Shown: one piece after another, positions 58,755 to 64,000 of the stretch
Numbering within the stretch: position 1 is the first letter of the stretch
Layout: each line of letters starts with the position of its first letter
From: Verrucomicrobiota bacterium
Lineage (GTDB): Bacteria; Verrucomicrobiota; Verrucomicrobiia; Limisphaerales; CANJSG01
Reading direction: 5' to 3'
DNA: 64,000 nt
Assembly (NCBI GenBank): GCA_038209745.1
Contig: JBBQXJ010000010.1
Coordinates: 1-64,000, forward strand
The notes under the pieces: generated by a model
Told to the model about the DNA's origin: nothing
The model's database searches: none
What the model saw: the letters and a program-made list of their open reading frames with translations, nothing else
Translations under genes and position numbers: made by a program

Positions 58755-60437
58755 ATGAAGACGACCCAAGACCAAGTCGCCGCAGAGAAACAATTGCTCA
58801 GCGAAGCCAAGGCCAAAGGCGGGCTCGCCACCCTCGGCGCCTACCTCAAGTGCTCCGGCCCCGGCTGGCTCCAAGGTGCCATCACCCTCGGCGGCGGCTC
58901 GCTCGCGGGCAGCCTCTATCTCGGCGTCATCGGCGGCTACAGCCTGCTGTGGCTCCAAGTGCTGGCCATGGCGATGGGTGTCGTGATGCTCAGCGCGATC
59001 ACCTACGTCACGCTGTCCACCGGCAAGCGGCCCTTCCAGGCGATCAAGGACCATATCAACCCCGTGCTGGCCTGGGGTTGGGCCATCGCGACGCTCATGG
59101 CGAACATCGTCTGGTGCTTGCCCCAGTTCTCCCTCGCGACCGCTGCCGTGCTGCAAAACCTTGCCCCCGGCCTACCCGAAGCCATGGGCGACACCGGAGC
59201 GAAGCTCCTCGTCTGCGGAGTTCTGCTGGCGCTCTCGATCTCCATCATCTGGCTCTACGACAGCGGGCATCGCGGGGTGAAAATTTTCGAGCTGATCCTC
59301 AAGTTGATGGTCGCAATAGTGGTGCTTTGCTTTTTTGGCGTGGTTTTGAAGCTCGCGACCAGCGGAGATGGTTTGGCCTGGGGCTCCGTGTTATCGGGCT
59401 TCGTGCCGGATCTCGGCCTATTGAACAAACCAGCGAGCACCTTCGACGGAGCCCTCGCTGCTACCGGCGGCTTCGCGTCCTACTGGACGAGCCTGATCGT
59501 CACCGACCAGCGCGACATCATGATCACGGCCGTCGCCACCGCCGTGGGCATAAACATGACGTTCCTTCTCCCCTACTCGATCCTGAAAAAAGGTTGGGAC
59601 AAGGAATCGCGGGGGTTGGCCATTTTCGATCTAAGCACCGGCCTGCTCATCCCGTTCGTCCTCGCCACCAGCTGTGTGGTGATCGCCGCCGCCTCGCAGT
59701 TCCACGTGAAGCCCCAGCCGGGCATCATCGAAGGAACGGCTCCTGCCGGGATGATGGGGCAGTTCAACGGCCTGCTCACGGGCCGCCTGAAATCGGAGAT
59801 TGGAGCGGAGGCGTTCAGCAAACTGTCGGGCGAAGCCAAAATGGCCTCTCTGACCCGGCTGCCCCACGCCGACAAACAGATGGCCGCGATGCTCGTGCGC
59901 CGCGACGCCTTCGACCTCGCCTCGGCCCTGGAACGACTCACCGGCAAAACCGTGGCAAACTATGTCTTCGGCTTCGGAGTCCTCGCCATGGCCCTTTCCA
60001 CCATCATCATGCTTATGCTCATCAGCGGCTTCACCATCTGCGAGATCTTCAACCTGCCCCAGCAGGGCTGGCCCCACCGTCTCGGCTGCCTAATCGCGGG
60101 ACTCGGCGTCCTCGGGCCTTTCATCTGGACCGGAAAGACCCAGTTCTGGTTGGCGGTGCCGACGAGCGTCTTCGGTATGACCCTCTTGCCGATAGCCTAT
60201 TTCACCTTCTTTCTGATGATGAACAACCGTTCGTTGATGCGGGGAGAGATCCTACGCGGAGCCAAACGCACGCTGACCAACATCATGATGCTGATCACTT
60301 TGTTGCTATCCGGTTTCGGCGCGGGCTGGGCCATCTGGAGTAAGACCCGATGGATTGGAGTCGGCGCCGTGGCGACTTTCATCGGTCTCGCGGTCATCGT
60401 CCATTTCGTCCGTCCTCCGAAGAAGATTGGAGAGTAG
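58755..60437 (+). CDS. NRAMP-related (APC superfamily) membrane transporter
   Basis: GPGWLQGAITLGGGS...GYSLLW, about 11-12 TM segments and TAVGINMTFLLPY; lacks the canonical DPGN motif. Confidence 0.75.
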   Translation: MKTTQDQVAAEKQLLSEAKAKGGLATLGAYLKCSGPGWLQGAITLGGGSLAGSLYLGVIGGYSLLWLQVLAMAMGVVMLSAITYVTLSTGKRPFQAIKDHINPVLAWGWAIATLMANIVWCLPQFSLATAAVLQNLAPGLPEAMGDTGAKLLVCGVLLALSISIIWLYDSGHRGVKIFELILKLMVAIVVLCFFGVVLKLATSGDGLAWGSVLSGFVPDLGLLNKPASTFDGALAATGGFASYWTSLIVTDQRDIMITAVATAVGINMTFLLPYSILKKGWDKESRGLAIFDLSTGLLIPFVLATSCVVIAAASQFHVKPQPGIIEGTAPAGMMGQFNGLLTGRLKSEIGAEAFSKLSGEAKMASLTRLPHADKQMAAMLVRRDAFDLASALERLTGKTVANYVFGFGVLAMALSTIIMLMLISGFTICEIFNLPQQGWPHRLGCLIAGLGVLGPFIWTGKTQFWLAVPTSVFGMTLLPIAYFTFFLMMNNRSLMRGEILRGAKRTLTNIMMLITLLLSGFGAGWAIWSKTRWIGVGAVATFIGLAVIVHFVRPPKKIGE

Positions 60438-60528
60438 AAACCGCCACCCGGGACCGGTCACGACGATCCGGACTCTCGAGCAAAATAGTCGGCGGCGGGG
60501 TGAACCCGTTGTGCCAACACAACGGGAA

Positions 60529-61908
60529 TCAGTGGCTAAACTCCAGTTCACTCTCCGGCAAAGGTTGGTCCTTCGTCTCGGGAGCAAACGGCAACACAGC
60601 TAGCCCCAACAAGAAGACAACGCACATGCTCAGCCCCGCGTAGCGCAAGGGCTCCTCCGTTCCATTGAACACCCGGCTGCTGAGCAATCCCAGCGTCCAA
60701 GGGCCCGACGCGGCGAAAAAGCGGCCGACGTTGTAGCAAAAAGACGTCCCCGTGCTCCGGAGATGCGTCGGAAACAGCTCAGGAAAGTAGATCGCGTAGC
60801 CCCCGAAGATCCCGAACATGAAGAAGCCCATGACGGGCACCAGCACGTAGACGTGCCACGGATCCCTAAGGAACCAAAAAACTGCGGCCGTCGAAATCAT
60901 GGCACCGATGAAGGCCACTGCAAAAGCCCTCCGTCGACTTGTCCTTTGCGTAAATTTGGTGAACGCCAACATCCCGAGAAACGCCCCGATGTTCAGCATC
61001 AAGGCTGCCTTGCCCTTCCACTGCCCGGCAGCCCCCTTCAAATCGATCCCCGTCAGCCCCTCGGCTGCAAGCCGCTTTTCCATGACGGAAGCGACTAGAT
61101 CAAAACTGAAGAAAACGATTCCCCACAGGGCAATCACGCCCGCACACGCGAGAACAAGTCCCACGATCGCGTTGTGCCGCCAACGGGCATCCCGGAAAAG
61201 CGCGCGATAAGATCCTGTGTCCTTGCCCAATCCGCCGGACGCCTTCATCCGCATCCAACGCTCGGGCTCCTTCAATCGCCAACGGATCAAAAGCGCCAAC
61301 ATTGCCGGAATGGCGCCAATTAGGAACATGATCCGCCATTTGACCCATGATTCGGGCATTCCACCTGTCCGTTGCCAGGTGCTCAAGCCCATTTCGATCA
61401 GAGCCGCCGCCACGTTCCCCACCGCCGAAAGGGCCTGCAACAGCCCAAGCGCATACGGTCGCGCCCGGGCAGGCATAACCTCGGCCACCAGAGCCACTCC
61501 AACCGCGAACTCCCCACCCACACCAAGGCCAGTCAAGAAACGATAGAACGAAAAATCCCAAAACCCTTTCGACAGCGAACTCAAGCCGGTGCAGAGCGAA
61601 TAGATCAAAATGGTGATCATCATCGTCTTTGCCCTTCCGATCCGGTCTCCCAATACCCCAAAAATAAGCCCGCCGGTAGCCCAGCCCAGAATGAAGATCG
61701 CCGTCACGTAGCCGGCATACTCATTCACGTCCGTGCCCGCAGGCAGGAGATCCCTCATGGCCGGAATGCGAGCCATGAGAAACAACTGCTGGTCCAGACA
61801 ATCGAAAAGCCACCCAAGCGCCGCGACCAAAAGAACGAACCAATGGTAGCGGGACAACCCGTGCCACCAAGGCAATCGCGGAACGAAAGAATCAGTCGAA
61901 GACTTCAT
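60529..61908 (-). CDS. MFS transporter (aromatic acid/sugar-like)
   Basis: GWLFDCLD, GVLGDRIGRAKT, RFLTGLGVGGEF and YFPELFPTHLRSTG motifs; about 12 TM segments. Confidence 0.93.
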   Translation of the reverse strand: MKSSTDSFVPRLPWWHGLSRYHWFVLLVAALGWLFDCLDQQLFLMARIPAMRDLLPAGTDVNEYAGYVTAIFILGWATGGLIFGVLGDRIGRAKTMMITILIYSLCTGLSSLSKGFWDFSFYRFLTGLGVGGEFAVGVALVAEVMPARARPYALGLLQALSAVGNVAAALIEMGLSTWQRTGGMPESWVKWRIMFLIGAIPAMLALLIRWRLKEPERWMRMKASGGLGKDTGSYRALFRDARWRHNAIVGLVLACAGVIALWGIVFFSFDLVASVMEKRLAAEGLTGIDLKGAAGQWKGKAALMLNIGAFLGMLAFTKFTQRTSRRRAFAVAFIGAMISTAAVFWFLRDPWHVYVLVPVMGFFMFGIFGGYAIYFPELFPTHLRSTGTSFCYNVGRFFAASGPWTLGLLSSRVFNGTEEPLRYAGLSMCVVFLLGLAVLPFAPETKDQPLPESELEFSH

Positions 61909-61996
61909 GATACAATTTTCCAAGCGCTAACATCGACACCGCAATGGAATTCCAAAACGAGCAAGCCCACTCCAGAATGATCCGAAATCGAAACGC

Positions 61997-62027
61997 AAAA
62001 AAAGCCCGTTCCGAAGAACGGGCTCTT
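61997..62027 (-). terminator. rho-independent terminator of the alpha operon
   Basis: Minus strand AGCCCGTTC-TTCG-GAACGGGCT followed by a T run; cUUCGg tetraloop. Confidence 0.92.
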
Positions 62028-62054
62028 AATGAATCTAATCTTAACAAATGTAAA

Positions 62055-62537
62055 TCAGCTCTTCGCGGAGACTTTTTTCGGATCAATTTTCTCGGCGGAA
62101 GTAGAGCCGCCAGGCTGAGCGTCAATCCACTCCAATATTGCCATTGAAGCAGCATCACCCCGGCGCTGCCCAAGCTTGATAATACGAGTATAACCACCGA
62201 CGCGCTCCCTGCTAAGAGGTGCGATCTCCTTGAAAAGAGTCTTCACCACGTCTTCTTGGCGCAATCGAGACGCTGCCAAGCGGCGATAGTGGATACCCTT
62301 GGCGATAAGATCGCGCTTCTTGTCGGAATCGCTGATCTGTTCCGCCGCCTCATTGGCCACCAATGACTTTTTGCCGAGCGTCAACATTTTCTCAGCGACA
62401 GACCGGGCCGCCCGTGCCTTCGCCAAGGTTGTCGTGATACGACGATGGATGATAAGACTGCAAACCATGTTGGCCAACATCGCATTACGATGGGTGCCTG
62501 TTCGGCCCAGCTTGGCCGTTCTCTTCAAGTGACGCAT
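62055..62537 (-). CDS. rplQ: 50S ribosomal protein L17
   Basis: MRHLKRTAKLGR..HRNAML, ITTTLAKA and GGYTRIIKLGQRRGDAA motifs; follows rpoA. Confidence 0.98.
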   Translation of the reverse strand: MRHLKRTAKLGRTGTHRNAMLANMVCSLIIHRRITTTLAKARAARSVAEKMLTLGKKSLVANEAAEQISDSDKKRDLIAKGIHYRRLAASRLRQEDVVKTLFKEIAPLSRERVGGYTRIIKLGQRRGDAASMAILEWIDAQPGGSTSAEKIDPKKVSAKS

Positions 62538-62549
62538 AACAATCTAAGC

Positions 62550-63560
62550 CTAATTGTTTAAATCTTCCTTCGGCGCTTCCAGCAAGGCCGGGTCGAGAGT
62601 CATACCCAAGCTCAGTCCCAAAGTGGCGAGCTTTTCCTTGATCTCATTTAGTGACTTCTTGCCGAAGTTCCGATATTTGAGCATCTCCGACTCAGTTTTC
62701 ATCGCCAGCTGTCCCACGCTGGTGATGTTCGCGTTGTTGAGGCAGTTTGCGGCCCGAACACTCAACTCAATCTCATTCACGCTCATGTTGAGGAGCTTCT
62801 TGAGCTTAGACTTCTCATCATCAACCTTCGTCTCTTCCTTCTCAAACTCCACCGCATTCTTGTCATAACCGACAAATACGTCCAAATGGTGTTGCAGAAT
62901 GGCAGAAGCTTGTGTCAACGCGTCGTCCGGCGTGATGCGGCCGTCAGTCCAAATCTCTACGACCAGACGGTCATAGTCGGTCCGTTGGCCAACTCGGGCG
63001 TTTTCGACTGAGTATCGAACCCTGGTTACCGGGGAGAAAAGAGAATCGATTGCAACGACCCCAATCGGCTGATCGACCTTTTTGTTTTCGTCCCCTGGGC
63101 AAAATCCACGTCCAATCTTCACCTCGAGCTCCATCTCGAACTTTTTCTTTTTATCGAGAGTACAGATGTGTTGTTTCGGATTGACAACCTCAATGTTTTG
63201 ATTTGTCTCGATATCAGCTGCCGTAACCGCTCCATCTCGATTCACCGAAATCCTGAGCATTTGCGGTTCTCGACTGTGTGCCTTGAAGAGGACCTTCTTC
63301 AGGTTCAGCACAATCTCCGTCACGTCTTCACTGACTCCGTCTGTCGTTGTAAACTCATGCATCGCACCGTCAACTTTGATCGATGTCACTGCAGCGCCCT
63401 CAAGGGACGAAAGAAGCACGCGCCGTAGCGAATTACCTATTGTTTGGCCGTAACCGGTTTCAAAGGGCTCAGCGAAAAACTTTGCGAACGTTTCCGTCGA
63501 AGTCGACTCTTCTTTAGTCAACCTCTTCGGCATTTCAAAACGACCTAGACGAACTGGCAT
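62550..63560 (-). CDS. rpoA: RNA polymerase alpha subunit
   Basis: EPFETGYGQTIGNSLRRVLLSSLEG, ARVGQRTDYDRL, ELSVRAANCL and NFGKKSLNEIK motifs. Confidence 0.99.
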   Translation of the reverse strand: MPVRLGRFEMPKRLTKEESTSTETFAKFFAEPFETGYGQTIGNSLRRVLLSSLEGAAVTSIKVDGAMHEFTTTDGVSEDVTEIVLNLKKVLFKAHSREPQMLRISVNRDGAVTAADIETNQNIEVVNPKQHICTLDKKKKFEMELEVKIGRGFCPGDENKKVDQPIGVVAIDSLFSPVTRVRYSVENARVGQRTDYDRLVVEIWTDGRITPDDALTQASAILQHHLDVFVGYDKNAVEFEKEETKVDDEKSKLKKLLNMSVNEIELSVRAANCLNNANITSVGQLAMKTESEMLKYRNFGKKSLNEIKEKLATLGLSLGMTLDPALLEAPKEDLNN

Positions 63561-63657
63561 GTTATTCCTTTTGCAATTTTAATCTGACCCACTGACCGAC
63601 CCGCAGCGGCAATGAACCCATATAATTGCTGTTCCCTTATTAGGGCTCTAAAATTTA

Positions 63658-64000
63658 CTAGCGGGAATAGAACTCGACAACCGCCTGCTCATTGGCAATC
63701 GGCTGAATTTCCTCGCGGGTCGGAACCCGCATCACAACACCTTTGAAAATATTTTTGTCAACCGACAGCCAGTCTGGAACCACACGGCTAGTTGAGCCTT
63801 CAATCGCTTTTGTTGCCAATTGTTTTGAAACCGTCGATTCCTTGACTTCGATCACGTCGCCAACCTTCAGCGCGTAGGATGATATATCAACCTTCCGGCC
63901 GTTTACTTTGACATGCCCGTGACCAACCATTTGCCTTGCTTGGGCACGGGTCGTGGCGAAACCAATCTGGAACACCACGTTGTCCAATCGTGTCTCAAGA
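63658..64000 (-). CDS. rpsD: 30S ribosomal protein S4, 3' part (truncated by window edge)
   Basis: RLDNVVFQIGFATTRAQARQMVGHGHVKVNGRKVDI...EQAVVEFYSR; directly upstream of rpoA. Confidence 0.98.
   Translation of the reverse strand, partial: LETRLDNVVFQIGFATTRAQARQMVGHGHVKVNGRKVDISSYALKVGDVIEVKESTVSKQLATKAIEGSTSRVVPDWLSVDKNIFKGVVMRVPTREEIQPIANEQAVVEFYSR

Overview
A 64 kb, gene-dense, mostly high-GC bacterial chromosome segment. It is most likely from Verrucomicrobiota (Pedosphaera/Limisphaera-like). This is inferred from an H-X9-DG prepilin-like gene, a planctomycete-type cytochrome c, a PA14/Ig repeat exoprotein, DUF4159 genes and the RpoA N-terminus. I see no CRISPR array, integrase, transposase or prophage. 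Housekeeping genes include folK, a stand-alone coaB, tRNA-Ser(CGA), yebC, pap and the rpsD-rpoA-rplQ end of the alpha operon. The candidate systems, in order of interest, are: (1) a probable galactofuranose/arabinogalactan utilisation operon (galK-ytfR-ytfT-yjfF-GH2-GH43-ytfQ-GH43-galT) preceded by an H-X9-DG prepilin-like gene with a LacI-type site; (2) a PD-(D/E)xK nuclease fused to an Fe-S DinG helicase, whose gene carries a 99-bp in-frame palindromic insertion; (3) a TPR/HExxH peptidase-DUF4159-DUF4159-MoxR module; (4) a 4xPA14/3xIg exoprotein with a putative C-terminal sorting domain, next to two orphan NarL regulators and a nested palindromic operator; (5) a GH13+GH133 debranching enzyme with eukaryote-like architecture. 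All family calls come from motif recognition by eye, no searches were run, and several start codons are my best estimates.
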